A program made the translations under genes and the position numbers. The notes under the pieces are model-generated. The model saw only the letters and a list, made by a program, of their open reading frames with translations. It was not told the origin of the DNA and did no database searches. Below are positions 19,989 to 30,139 of a DNA stretch of 64,000 bases, piece after piece. Position 1 is the first letter of the stretch. Every line of letters begins with the position of its first letter. The stretch comes from Patescibacteria group bacterium (lineage in GTDB: Bacteria > Patescibacteriota > Patescibacteriia > Patescibacteriales > UBA12465). The stretch covers positions 16,293 through 80,292 of the forward strand of contig JBAZJV010000003.1 of assembly GCA_041651095.1 (NCBI GenBank). The letters run 5' to 3'.

Positions 19989-20468
19989 ATGGCCGTGGAA
20001 AAAATCTTAGAACAGCCGCCAATTGAAAAAGCTCCGGAAAAACCGGCTCCGCAACCGGAACGTCCGGCCGACTCAGGGCATCGCGCGGAACGCCCGCACC
20101 AGAACCCTGATCGGCCGCGGTCAGTGGCGCCGACTATCGACCGGACGCCTATGGCCGGCGGCGGCGTTTCTTTAGCGCAGAATTTTCAGCAACAGCGGGC
20201 GGCGGCGATCGACAGCATCCTGTCCGAGGGCTTGAATGAAGTCTTTTTGAAAATGAGCGCCCAGGAGCAGCAGGCCTTCCAGCGGAAAGGCGAAGAAACA
20301 GTCGTTAAAATAAACCAGCTGCTCAATCAAACCAAGGTGAAGGTCAATAAGATTATCGCTCTGATCAAAGCCTGGCTGCAGATGATTCCCGGCGTCAATA
20401 AATTATTCTTGGAACAAGAGGCCAAGATCAAGGCGGATAGGATCCTGAGGATCAAGGATAAGGTTTAG
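19989..20468 (+). CDS. Hypothetical protein, Pro-rich N-terminus and helical C-terminus
   Basis: 159 aa. Its stop lies 3 nt before the following ATPase gene, so the two are probably co-translated. Confidence 0.4.
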   Translation: MAVEKILEQPPIEKAPEKPAPQPERPADSGHRAERPHQNPDRPRSVAPTIDRTPMAGGGVSLAQNFQQQRAAAIDSILSEGLNEVFLKMSAQEQQAFQRKGEETVVKINQLLNQTKVKVNKIIALIKAWLQMIPGVNKLFLEQEAKIKADRILRIKDKV

Positions 20469-20471
20469 CCT

Positions 20472-22952
20472 ATGACGGAAATAACTATAAATTTCGGCGA
20501 CTATTTCCCCTATCTGGCCGGCTCAATCGGGGCTGTATTTCTGATCCTGTTGATTTTGAACTTACTTCGCTTGTTCCTGTCCGGACGGCGCTATCTGCCG
20601 CATCAGGTTTTCTTGATCCGCCTGCCGAAGGATAAGCCGGAGGATCAAAAGAATCCGGATACGGTCCAGAAAATGAAAGAAGAGATCGCCAAGGGCGAAA
20701 CCTTGTTCGCGGCCATCGGCGGCTTGCCGGCCCAGAAGGGCTTTAAGGCCTGGCTGCTGGGCCGGAGCGACCAGTTTTCTCTGGAAATAGTCGCCAGCCA
20801 TAACCGCATCTCTTTCTATGCCGTAACGCCGCCGAGCGGCGCCCGCTATCTGGAGCAGCAGATCCACGCCCATTATCCGGAAGCGGTGATTGAGGAAGTC
20901 CAGGATTATAACGCTTTCAGCCTGAAAGGGCAGATCGCCGCCGCTTATCTGCGGACCAGCAAGAGCTTTATTTTTCCCATCAAGACCTATCAGAAGATCG
21001 AGGTCGATCCTTTGAATTCCTTGATCAATATCCTTTCCAAACTGGACAAGGAAGAGAGCCTGGCCATCCAGTATACGGTCAGGAGCGCCCGCAGTTTTTG
21101 GCATGCCCGGGCCAGGCGGGTGGTGACGAAAATTCATCAGAAAAACTCGGTTAAAGAAGGCTTGAAGGTTGCCAGCCCATTATGGGAAATGCTGAGCTGG
21201 GCCGGCGATTTCATGCAATTAAGCAAAAAGGAAAAAACGAATCCGAACAATCCGCTGCCGCCCAAGCGGCTGTCGGCGATAGAAGAGGAGATCGTGAAAG
21301 CGATCGAAGAGAAGAACCTGAAGGCTGGCCTAGACGTGAACATCCGCGTCATCGCCTGCGCGAAGACCAAGGAACAAGCTAATGTTTATTTGGAAAATGT
21401 CGGCAGCGCTTTCATGGAGTATAATAATTTCAGCTATGGCAATGTTTTTTCCCGGCCGCGCAAGAATAATTCGGAACAGGTAGTCAAAGATTTCATTTAT
21501 CGCTATTTTCGGGCCAGCACCGGTTTCCTGCTGAACAGCGAAGAACTGGCCAGCCTCTTCCATCTGCCTTTGAGCAGCACCGAGACTCCGAATATCAATT
21601 GGCTGACGGCCAAGATCGCGCCGGCCCCCGCTACGTTGCCGCAGGAAGGGATTTCCCTGGGCGAAAACGTCTATCGCGGCGTTAAAAAGGAAATTCGCAT
21701 GAAGCGCGATGACCGGCGGCGCCACACCTATATCATCGGTAAATCCGGTACCGGCAAATCCGTGCTCCTGGCCAATATGGCTATCCAGGATGTTTTAAAC
21801 GGCGAAGGTGTTTGCGTGCTTGATCCGCACGGCGACCTGATAACGGATATTCTGGACCGCGTGCCGCCGGAACGCGCCGAAGACGTAATCATCTTTTCTC
21901 CCGGCGACCTGGAACGGCCGTTAGCCCTGAATTTATTGGAGTACGATCCGCGCTATCCGGAGCAGAAGAGTTTCGTTATTAACGAGATGATCGGCATCTT
22001 CGATAAGCTATACGACCTTAAAGCTACCGGCGGTCCCATGTTCGAACAGTATATGCGCAATGCCATGCTGCTCATCATGGACGACCCGGAAAGCGGCTCG
22101 ACCTTGATGGAAATTCCGAAAGTCTTGGCGGACGAAGAGTTCCGCCGCTTGAAGCTGAGCCGTTGCAAGAACCAGACGGTCGTCGACTTCTGGAAGAAAG
22201 AGGCGGAAAAAGCGGGCGGGGAAGCGGCCCTGGCCAATATCGTTCCCTATATCACCTCCAAACTGACCTCCTTCATTTCCAATGACATGATGCGGCCGAT
22301 TATCGGACAGCAACATAGCGCTTTCAATTTGCGCGAAGTCATGGATCAGCAAAAAATCCTGCTGATCGATCTGCCTAAAGGCCTGGTCGGCGAAATGAAC
22401 GCTTATCTTTTAGGCATGATCCTGGTCGGTAAGATCCTGATGGCCGCTTTGTCCCGGACCGATCTGCCGGCCTCTGAACGCAAAGATTTCTATCTTTATA
22501 TCGATGAATTTCAGAATTTTACCACCAACTCTATCTGTCAGATATTGTCGGAGGCCAGAAAGTACGCGCTTAGTCTGATTATCGCCCATCAGTATATCGG
22601 CCAGCTGGCCAAAGGACAGAACACAGAGATCAAAGATGCCGTTTTCGGGAACGTCGGGACTATGGTCAGCTTCAAGATCGGCTCCGAAGACGCGGAATTC
22701 CTGGTTAAGGAATTCGCGCCCGTGTTCAACCAATATGATCTGGTGAATATTGACAAAGGTACGGCCTATATTAAACTGCTGGTAGATAACAGCGCTACCC
22801 GGCCATTCTCCCTGAAGACGATTTGGCCGATATTAGGCGTCAAACAGCCGGGCATGGCCGATAAGATCCGGGCGCTCAGCCGCTTGAAATACGGCCAGAA
22901 TGTCCGCCTGGTAGAAGCGGAAATCACTCGCCGCGTCAAGTCGGCCATTTAA
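20472..22952 (+). CDS. Membrane-anchored P-loop ATPase, VirD4/TraD (type IV coupling protein)-like
   Basis: 826 aa. N-terminal TM, Walker A IIGKSGTGKSVLL, Walker B LYIDEFQNF, and a downstream SLIIAHQ motif typical of TraD/VirD4/HerA-like DNA-translocase ATPases. Confidence 0.6.
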   Translation: MTEITINFGDYFPYLAGSIGAVFLILLILNLLRLFLSGRRYLPHQVFLIRLPKDKPEDQKNPDTVQKMKEEIAKGETLFAAIGGLPAQKGFKAWLLGRSDQFSLEIVASHNRISFYAVTPPSGARYLEQQIHAHYPEAVIEEVQDYNAFSLKGQIAAAYLRTSKSFIFPIKTYQKIEVDPLNSLINILSKLDKEESLAIQYTVRSARSFWHARARRVVTKIHQKNSVKEGLKVASPLWEMLSWAGDFMQLSKKEKTNPNNPLPPKRLSAIEEEIVKAIEEKNLKAGLDVNIRVIACAKTKEQANVYLENVGSAFMEYNNFSYGNVFSRPRKNNSEQVVKDFIYRYFRASTGFLLNSEELASLFHLPLSSTETPNINWLTAKIAPAPATLPQEGISLGENVYRGVKKEIRMKRDDRRRHTYIIGKSGTGKSVLLANMAIQDVLNGEGVCVLDPHGDLITDILDRVPPERAEDVIIFSPGDLERPLALNLLEYDPRYPEQKSFVINEMIGIFDKLYDLKATGGPMFEQYMRNAMLLIMDDPESGSTLMEIPKVLADEEFRRLKLSRCKNQTVVDFWKKEAEKAGGEAALANIVPYITSKLTSFISNDMMRPIIGQQHSAFNLREVMDQQKILLIDLPKGLVGEMNAYLLGMILVGKILMAALSRTDLPASERKDFYLYIDEFQNFTTNSICQILSEARKYALSLIIAHQYIGQLAKGQNTEIKDAVFGNVGTMVSFKIGSEDAEFLVKEFAPVFNQYDLVNIDKGTAYIKLLVDNSATRPFSLKTIWPILGVKQPGMADKIRALSRLKYGQNVRLVEAEITRRVKSAI

Positions 22953-22990
22953 ATTTTAATTCAGCCAAACTTAAATTCCCGTTATTATCT

Positions 22991-24634
22991 ATGTCCACTT
23001 TATATCGCGATTACCGCCCCCAAAACTTTTCCGAGGTGCTCGGCCAGAATCACGTCAAGATCGCCCTGCAGAACGAAGTAGCCGGCGGCCGGCCGGCCAG
23101 CGCCTATTTGTTTTGCGGTCCGCGCGCTATCGGCAAGACCACGGTCGCCCGGATTCTGGCTAAGGCAGTCAATTGCGAACGCCGCGGCGCGGGCGCATAC
23201 GAGCCTTGCAATGATTGTGCCAGTTGCCGCAGCATCACGGCCGGCCATAACCTGGAGGTCAGCGAAATCGACGCGGCGTCCAATACCGGCGTGGACAATG
23301 TCCGGGAAAACATTATCGCTTTTTCCCGCGTAGCGCCGACTAGCGCTAAATTCAAGGTCTTCATCATCGATGAGGTCCATATGCTGTCCATTTCCGCCTT
23401 CAACGCCTTATTGAAAATCATCGAAGAGCCGCCGGCTTACGTGATCTTCATCCTCTGCACGACGGAAGTCCAGAAAGTGCCGACGACTGTGGTTTCCCGC
23501 TGTGAACGCTATGATTTCAAGCGGATCAGCGTGAAAGAAATCGTCAAGAAGCTGGCTTATATCGCCAGCCGCGAGAAAGTGGAGGTGGACACCGCGGTTT
23601 TAGAAGCGGTCGCCCGGCGTTCCGGCGGCCATTTGCGCGACGCCGAAAGCCTCTTGGGCCAGATTTTTTCTCTCGGCGACCAGAAGATCACGAGCGAACA
23701 GGCCGAACTGGTCATTCCGCATTATAACAGCCACGAAGCCATCAGCCTGCTGGATTATCTTAGCAAAAAGGACGCGGCGAAAGCCGTCGAACTCATCAAT
23801 AATCTGGCGGAAAGCGGTGTCAACGTCAAGGTTTTTACCAATGAAATCATCGGTTTGCTGCGTCGGATAATGTTGGACAAGCTTAATCCGGAACTCGCCG
23901 ACAGCTTAGGCTTAGATTTGGGGGAAAGTCTGGAGAAACGTCTGCTCCAAGTGTCTGCCAATTTCAATTGGGAGCAGCTTTTCTCGTTTACCCGCCGTTT
24001 TTTGGAGGCCGCTAATGACCATAAAAGCCAGTTGATTCCGCAGCTGCCGCTGGAGCTGGCGGTCGGCGAGCTGTGTTTCGCGCCGGCGCCCGCCTTGGTT
24101 AATCCGGCTTCGGAATTTAATCCGCCGCCCAATATTCCGGCCAAAGCCGCCAATCCCGGCCGTCCGGCGGCTTCGGTTACTCCGTCCGGAACGACCCGAG
24201 CCAAGGCTAAGCCTCTGGCGGCGGACGAGCTGGCGGCTAAATGGCCGGAATTTCTGGTAAAAATCAAGAAATATAACCATTCCTTGTCTTTCGTGTTGCA
24301 GAACTGTGAACCGCGGGCGAACGCCGATGGCCGTTTGAACTTGATTTTCAAATATAAATTCCACCGCGACCGCATCAATGATCCTAATATCAACAGCATC
24401 GTCGAAAACACCTTGACGGAAGTTTTTGGCAGCGGTTTGGTCTGGGAATCGACTATCGACGAGAGCTTGGCTTTGCCGCGGTCGGAAGCAGCGGCCGATC
24501 AGGCGGGAGCGCCGGCGCCGGCGGATAATGCCGCCCCAGCCGCGCCCGGTACGGTCGCGCCGCCCGGCGGCGAGACGACTAAGGGTTTGATGGCCGACCT
24601 CCTCAAGACTTTTGGCGGAGAAATAATCAGTTAA
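22991..24634 (+). CDS. dnaX: DNA polymerase III subunit gamma/tau
   Basis: 547 aa. YRPQNFSEVLGQ, GPRAIGKTT Walker A, a CNDCASC zinc module, IIDEVHMLS, and SRC (VSRCERY). Confidence 0.92.
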   Translation: MSTLYRDYRPQNFSEVLGQNHVKIALQNEVAGGRPASAYLFCGPRAIGKTTVARILAKAVNCERRGAGAYEPCNDCASCRSITAGHNLEVSEIDAASNTGVDNVRENIIAFSRVAPTSAKFKVFIIDEVHMLSISAFNALLKIIEEPPAYVIFILCTTEVQKVPTTVVSRCERYDFKRISVKEIVKKLAYIASREKVEVDTAVLEAVARRSGGHLRDAESLLGQIFSLGDQKITSEQAELVIPHYNSHEAISLLDYLSKKDAAKAVELINNLAESGVNVKVFTNEIIGLLRRIMLDKLNPELADSLGLDLGESLEKRLLQVSANFNWEQLFSFTRRFLEAANDHKSQLIPQLPLELAVGELCFAPAPALVNPASEFNPPPNIPAKAANPGRPAASVTPSGTTRAKAKPLAADELAAKWPEFLVKIKKYNHSLSFVLQNCEPRANADGRLNLIFKYKFHRDRINDPNINSIVENTLTEVFGSGLVWESTIDESLALPRSEAAADQAGAPAPADNAAPAAPGTVAPPGGETTKGLMADLLKTFGGEIIS

Positions 24635-24638
24635 AAAT

Positions 24639-25895
24639 ATGCTGGACATCAAATTGATCCGTAATAATATCGCGGCCGTCCGGGGAGGATTATTGAAAAG
24701 GCTGCCGGCGGAAAAGCTGGACTTGGAAACCATCATCAAACTGGATGATCAGCGGCGGGCGATCAGCGCCTCTTTAGAGTCCCTGCAGGCCGAACGCAAC
24801 GCTCATTCGAAAACCAAGCCCTCGCCGGAAATAATCGCGAAGATGAAAAAGATCGGCGACGAAATCAAGGAGCGGGAAGCGGAGCTGAGTGAGGTAGAAC
24901 GCGATTTGAACGCGCGCTTGGCCGAACTGCCCAATCTGCCGGCGGCGGACGTGGTGGCCGGCGGCAAGGAGAATAACGAAGTGATCTATACTTATGGCAA
25001 GGCTCCGAAATTCAACTTTACGCCCAAAGACCACATGGAACTGGCCAAGTCGCTGGATATCATCGATTATGAACGCGCCGTCAAGATCGCCGGCAGCGGT
25101 TTCTGGTGCTATAAAGGGGCGGGCGCTTTGCTGGAATGGGCGCTCCTGTCATATTTCATCGATTTTCATACCCAGAACGACTATCAGTTTTTAATCCCGC
25201 CGTTTTTGCTGACGGAAAAATCAGCCTATACTTCCGGCCATCTGCCGAAATTCCGGGAGGATTTATTTTGGACGCAGGACGGGTTATGCCTGAACGCGAC
25301 CAGCGAGATGATGCTGGGCAATTACCATCGCGAGGAAATCCTGCCGTTCGAAGAATTGCCGCTCAAATATTTCGCTTATTCGGCTTGTTTCCGCCGGGAA
25401 GCGGGCAGCTACCGCCAGGAAGAGCGGGGCATGATCCGGGGGCATCAATTCAATAAGATCGAAATGTTCATTTTTTCCGAGCCGGAAAAATCCTGGGAGA
25501 TGTTCGCCGAGCTGGTTAAGCACGCCAAGAAACTGGTTGAAGGCCTGGAGTTGCATTTCCAGGTTTCCAAGCTGGCGGCCGGAGATTGCAGCGCGGCCAT
25601 GGCCAAGACTTACGACTTGGAAGTGTTCATCCCCTCCATGAATATTTATAAGGAAGTCAGCAGCATCTCCAATGCTCTGGATTACCAAGCTCGGCGGGGA
25701 CAGGTCCGCTATAAGCAGCCCCTGACCGGCAAGAACGAATTCGTCCACACTTTGAATGCTTCCGGCCTGGCGACCAGCCGCCTCGTGCCGGCTATTCTGG
25801 AGCAGAATCAGCAGGCCGACGGCTCGGTGGTTATTCCGAAGATCCTGCGCCGTTATTTGCCCCTCGGCCTGAAAGTGATTAAACCCAAGCCATAA
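24639..25895 (+). CDS. serS: Seryl-tRNA synthetase
   Basis: 418 aa. N-terminal coiled-coil arm and class II motifs (FRREAGS, RGHQFNKIEMF, LNASGLATSR). Confidence 0.95.
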   Translation: MLDIKLIRNNIAAVRGGLLKRLPAEKLDLETIIKLDDQRRAISASLESLQAERNAHSKTKPSPEIIAKMKKIGDEIKEREAELSEVERDLNARLAELPNLPAADVVAGGKENNEVIYTYGKAPKFNFTPKDHMELAKSLDIIDYERAVKIAGSGFWCYKGAGALLEWALLSYFIDFHTQNDYQFLIPPFLLTEKSAYTSGHLPKFREDLFWTQDGLCLNATSEMMLGNYHREEILPFEELPLKYFAYSACFRREAGSYRQEERGMIRGHQFNKIEMFIFSEPEKSWEMFAELVKHAKKLVEGLELHFQVSKLAAGDCSAAMAKTYDLEVFIPSMNIYKEVSSISNALDYQARRGQVRYKQPLTGKNEFVHTLNASGLATSRLVPAILEQNQQADGSVVIPKILRRYLPLGLKVIKPKP

Positions 25896-25898
25896 GCC

Positions 25899-27917
25899 AT
25901 GAAGAAGACTGTCTTAGCCATTTTTGCCGTCCTGCTGTTCTGGCCGCCCTTGGCGCGGGCGGCTGTTTTAAAGAATACTTATCCGCGTTTGGCCAATTAT
26001 TTCCTGAAATGGGAGATCAGCCCGGCCGAGGCCAAGGAGCTGGCGAAATGGGACTTGCTTATTCTGGATATGGAAACGCAGGAAAACAGCCCTGATCAGA
26101 TCCGGGAAATCCGCGCTTTGAATCCCCAGGTGATCATCTTGGCTTATCTGACTTCGCAGGAAATTTTGGACGATGTGGATAATTACAATCAGGCTTATCT
26201 GCGGCAAGAGCTGAACCGGGGCATTTATGACGGCTGGTGGCTAAGGGATGCCTCCGGCCATAAGGTTTCCAATTGGCCTTATACCTCGATGTTGAATCTG
26301 ACGGACGGCGCGCGGCCGGATGCCTCCGGCCAGCGTTTCTATGATTATCTGCCGCGTTTCGTAACGACGAAATTGCAGGCCAGCGGTCTTTGGGACGGCG
26401 TATTTTATGATAATACCTGGGGCGATGTCAGCTGGATAAATTCCGGATCCCTGGACCTTAATAATGACGGCGTCGCCGACAGCCGGGCGGCCGCAGATGA
26501 GCTCTGGGCCGGCGGCTTCAAGAAGATGCTGGCCAATACCCGGGCGCTCTCGGGCGGCGATTTCATCATCGTCGGCAACGGCCGCGTCTATGACGGCTAC
26601 CAGTCGCTCCTTAACGGCATGATGCTGGAAAGTTTTCCGTCCTTTTGGGAGAATGGCGGCACCTGGACCGGCTCTATGCAAACTTATCTGAAATTGCCGA
26701 AATTGAATTTAGTGCCGCCGATTTCGGTGATCAATATCTATGACAAGAATCAGGCCAATTACCGGCGCGTCCGCTACGGCCTAGCCAGCACGTTGTTGGG
26801 CGATGGTTTTTACAGCTATGATTATGACGTCACCAATCACGGCCAGACCTGGTGGTATGACGAATACGGAGTCAAACTCGGTCCGGCGCAGTCCGGTCCG
26901 TATAATCTCCTGGCCAATTCCAGCCCGGCCCTGCGACCCGGCCTGTGGCGCCGCGATTTCAAGAACGGCTTAGCCTTGGTCAATTCTACCGATCAGAAAC
27001 AGACCTATGTTTTTAATAAGGAAGAATTGGAAAAACTCAGAGGCAGCCAAGACCCCGGTACCAATAGCGGGCAGAAAATCAATTATATTTCTCTGGCGCC
27101 GCAGGACGGCATAATCTTACTGAAGCGGAGTACCTTGATCAAGAACGCGCCGTTTACCAACGGCTATTTCTTCCGGGTCTATGATGCGAGCGGCGCCTCG
27201 GTTCAGAACGGCTTTTTTTCCTATGCCAGCGCTTTCCCCGGCGAAGCGGAAGTCATTATCGCGTCCGGCAGCCAGGACGGGGAAGTGGATATCAATCTGA
27301 GCGCCGCCAGCGGCCAGGTCAGCTTATATAAGAACGGCCAGCGGATCGCCGCTTTTTATCCTTATGATAAACTGTATCGGAAGCAGCTCAGCCTGGCGGC
27401 CAAGCTGGACGACGGTTATTTCAATAAGGTTGTTACCGGCGCCGGCCCGGGCGGCGGACCACAGGTGCGCGTATTTTCGCCCGGCGGCAAATTAGAAGGC
27501 AGTTTCTTCGCTTATGATCAACGTTTGCGCGGCGGCGTCAACGTTGCTTTAGGGGACGTGGACGGCGACGGCGACTTGGAAATCGTGACCGGGCCCGGTG
27601 CCGGCACGGAAGCGCGGGTAAAGGTTTTTACTTTGGGCGGCCGCTTAAAAAACAGTTTTCTAGCCTATGACCCTAATTTCCGCGGCGGCGTCAACGTTGC
27701 CGTCGGCGACTTGATTGGCGACGGCCGCGAGGAAATAGTGACTGCGCCGATGGGCGGTGGCGGTCCGCAGATTCGCATTTTCGACAGCCAGGGCCGGGCG
27801 CTCAAGAGCTTTTTCGCCTACGACCAGAAATACCACGGCGGCATCAAAGTCAGCGTCAGCGACGTTAACGGCGACGACCGCAGTGAGATTTTGGCCGGAT
27901 TGAAAAATTTCTATTAA
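25899..27917 (+). CDS. Secreted protein: putative glycoside-hydrolase-like TIM-barrel domain plus C-terminal FG-GAP/VCBS repeats
   Basis: 672 aa with a signal peptide. The N-terminal about 330 aa are paralogous to the 55443-56465 product. The C-terminus has repeated GDVDGDGDLEIVTGPG / GDLIGDGREEIVTAP / DVNGDDRSEIL motifs. Confidence 0.55.
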   Translation: MKKTVLAIFAVLLFWPPLARAAVLKNTYPRLANYFLKWEISPAEAKELAKWDLLILDMETQENSPDQIREIRALNPQVIILAYLTSQEILDDVDNYNQAYLRQELNRGIYDGWWLRDASGHKVSNWPYTSMLNLTDGARPDASGQRFYDYLPRFVTTKLQASGLWDGVFYDNTWGDVSWINSGSLDLNNDGVADSRAAADELWAGGFKKMLANTRALSGGDFIIVGNGRVYDGYQSLLNGMMLESFPSFWENGGTWTGSMQTYLKLPKLNLVPPISVINIYDKNQANYRRVRYGLASTLLGDGFYSYDYDVTNHGQTWWYDEYGVKLGPAQSGPYNLLANSSPALRPGLWRRDFKNGLALVNSTDQKQTYVFNKEELEKLRGSQDPGTNSGQKINYISLAPQDGIILLKRSTLIKNAPFTNGYFFRVYDASGASVQNGFFSYASAFPGEAEVIIASGSQDGEVDINLSAASGQVSLYKNGQRIAAFYPYDKLYRKQLSLAAKLDDGYFNKVVTGAGPGGGPQVRVFSPGGKLEGSFFAYDQRLRGGVNVALGDVDGDGDLEIVTGPGAGTEARVKVFTLGGRLKNSFLAYDPNFRGGVNVAVGDLIGDGREEIVTAPMGGGGPQIRIFDSQGRALKSFFAYDQKYHGGIKVSVSDVNGDDRSEILAGLKNFY

Positions 27918-27928
27918 GCTTAAAACAT

Positions 27929-28978
27929 ATGTTTAAAATCATCAATCGTTATTTCCGGCGCCGCTGGGAGCGCTATTATTTGAAAAGCCATTGGCATCTG
28001 ATTTTAGACTTATCCTTGTTCCTGGTGATGATTATCCTGCTGGCCGCGGTGGCCGGCCTCTACTTTTACCGGCCGGATCTTCCCGGATTCGGTATCTACT
28101 CGCCGCCGACGGTCGATTTGAATAATCCGCCCTTGGAATTGGATTATGTGGTGGCCGCTCCGCTGATCAAAGCCAAGAACGGCGTCTTAGTCAGAGTGGC
28201 TTTCAAGAATAACGGCTCGACGGCGATTAATGACGTTAATCTGGATTTTTCGACGACGGATGCTAATTTTACGGTCAGCCAGCTCAAGAGCGCCGACGAT
28301 AGCGGCCGCCTGACCATCAGCGGCCGAAGCGCCATCCTGGATCGGATCCGGGCGGGCGAGAGCGGAGAAGTGCTGTTATTGGTTTACTTCAATCAGAAAA
28401 CCCAAGTCCGGGTTATCGGCTGGCAAGCCCAAAGCCAATATGTCTTGGCTGGCCAGGTGCTGAAAGAGACGAAGAACCTGTCTGCCCTGAAAGTCGCGGC
28501 CGAGCTGACGGCTAAGGCGGTGGCTTATTACACTAGTCCGCAGGGCGACCAGCTGGGCATCGGGCCGGTGCCGCCCTTAGTCGGCATCCCGACCAACTAT
28601 TGGATTTTTTGGGAAGCATCCAGCGCGGGCGATTTTAAGAATCTGGTCTTCAGCGCGCGTTTGCCCCAGGGAGTGGAATTGGCGACCGGCCGTTCGCTCG
28701 TAGCCGGTGATTTCAACTATAGCACCTCTTCGCGGCAGATTATCTGGCGGGTGCCGGAGATTAAAGGCGGCGACAGCATCGAGCACCTGGGTTTCGAAGT
28801 TCAGCTGATTCCGACCGCGGACCAGGCCGGCCGGATCTTACCGCTTTTATCCGACATTCGTTATTATGGGATAGACACCTTGACCGGCGAGGAATCCAGC
28901 GGCCGCTTGTCGGCCCTGGATACTGATTTGGCCGGCGATCGCTTTAATTCCGGCCAGGGAACAGTCGCCCAGCCTTGA
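27929..28978 (+). CDS. Membrane-anchored extracellular hypothetical protein
   Basis: 349 aa. One N-terminal TM (WHLILDLSLFLVMIILLAAVAGLYF) followed by a beta-rich region. Confidence 0.4.
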   Translation: MFKIINRYFRRRWERYYLKSHWHLILDLSLFLVMIILLAAVAGLYFYRPDLPGFGIYSPPTVDLNNPPLELDYVVAAPLIKAKNGVLVRVAFKNNGSTAINDVNLDFSTTDANFTVSQLKSADDSGRLTISGRSAILDRIRAGESGEVLLLVYFNQKTQVRVIGWQAQSQYVLAGQVLKETKNLSALKVAAELTAKAVAYYTSPQGDQLGIGPVPPLVGIPTNYWIFWEASSAGDFKNLVFSARLPQGVELATGRSLVAGDFNYSTSSRQIIWRVPEIKGGDSIEHLGFEVQLIPTADQAGRILPLLSDIRYYGIDTLTGEESSGRLSALDTDLAGDRFNSGQGTVAQP

Positions 28979-28979
28979 T

Positions 28980-30125
28980 ATGCTAGAAGCTCTGCGTAAT
29001 CGCTTAAAGCCGAAATATGAGACTTTAAATCGTCTGGAAATCAATCGTCAGCGGCTTTTGGACAATTATCTTTATCTGTCCGGCCGGCAGCCGCAGGCCG
29101 CTTTGTTTCCGGTCCTGAAATCGAACGCTTATGGACACGGCTTGAAAGAAGTTTGCCTAGTCCTCAATGCCGTCAAGCCGCCGCTTGTCGTCGTCGATTC
29201 CTATCCGGAGGCGCAAATCGTGTACCGTCATTTCCACGGTTCGGCGCTGATTTTAGGCGAGATGCCGCCGGCCGCTTATCGCTACGCTCGCTTGGAACAG
29301 ACGGAATTCGTCGTTTATAATCCTGAGACTTTGAAATCTCTGTCTCGCTACGGCCGGAAGGCGCGCATCCACTTATTCTTCAATAGCGGCATGAATCGGG
29401 AGGGAATAGCTGATTTAGCCAGGTTTATCCGGGAGAATAAGACTTATTTAGATCAGGTTCAAGTAAACGGTTTTTGTTCGCATCTGGCCGCCGCCGAACA
29501 AGATTCGGAACTGAATCAGCGTCAAGCGGCGAGTTTCCAGCAAGGCTTATCCATTTTACGGTCGGCCGGCTATGCTCCGTGCTGGATCCATCTGGGCAAC
29601 TCCGCGGCTATTTTTACCCAGCAGCATGATTGGCTCACGGCCTTCCGCCCCGGCCTGGCTTTTTACGGCTACAGCCCTTTTGCCGGCCAGGCGGGCCGGG
29701 AAGAGCTGGCGGCCGGATTGCGGCCCGCCCTGGAAGTCTATTCTCAGATCATTGCCCGGCAAGAGGTTAAAGCCGGTTCCAGCGTCTCTTATAATGAAAC
29801 TTTCCGAGCGGCCGCTGATTCCCGGATCGGCGTCATCCCCTTTGGTTATTTCGAAGGGTTGGATCGGCGTTTATCTAACCGGGCCAAATTCATGGTGCAG
29901 ACCAAGACCGGCCGTTTCCAGGCTCAGGTTGCCGGACCGGTTTGCATGAATTTGACTTGTCTGGATTGCGGCCGGCATGAAATAGCGGTCGGCGATCCGG
30001 TCCAAATCGTTTCCGCCAATCCGTCCGATGAAAACTCGCTCATTAATCTGGCCCGGATCGCCCAGATGATACCTTATGAATTTTTAGTTAAATTTCAGGC
30101 TAATATTAGAAAAAAAATAGTTTAA
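28980..30125 (+). CDS. alr: Alanine racemase
   Basis: 381 aa. PLP-lysine motif VLKSNAYGHG and matching overall length and layout. Confidence 0.85.
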   Translation: MLEALRNRLKPKYETLNRLEINRQRLLDNYLYLSGRQPQAALFPVLKSNAYGHGLKEVCLVLNAVKPPLVVVDSYPEAQIVYRHFHGSALILGEMPPAAYRYARLEQTEFVVYNPETLKSLSRYGRKARIHLFFNSGMNREGIADLARFIRENKTYLDQVQVNGFCSHLAAAEQDSELNQRQAASFQQGLSILRSAGYAPCWIHLGNSAAIFTQQHDWLTAFRPGLAFYGYSPFAGQAGREELAAGLRPALEVYSQIIARQEVKAGSSVSYNETFRAAADSRIGVIPFGYFEGLDRRLSNRAKFMVQTKTGRFQAQVAGPVCMNLTCLDCGRHEIAVGDPVQIVSANPSDENSLINLARIAQMIPYEFLVKFQANIRKKIV

Positions 30126-30139
30126 ATTATCAATTCGTC

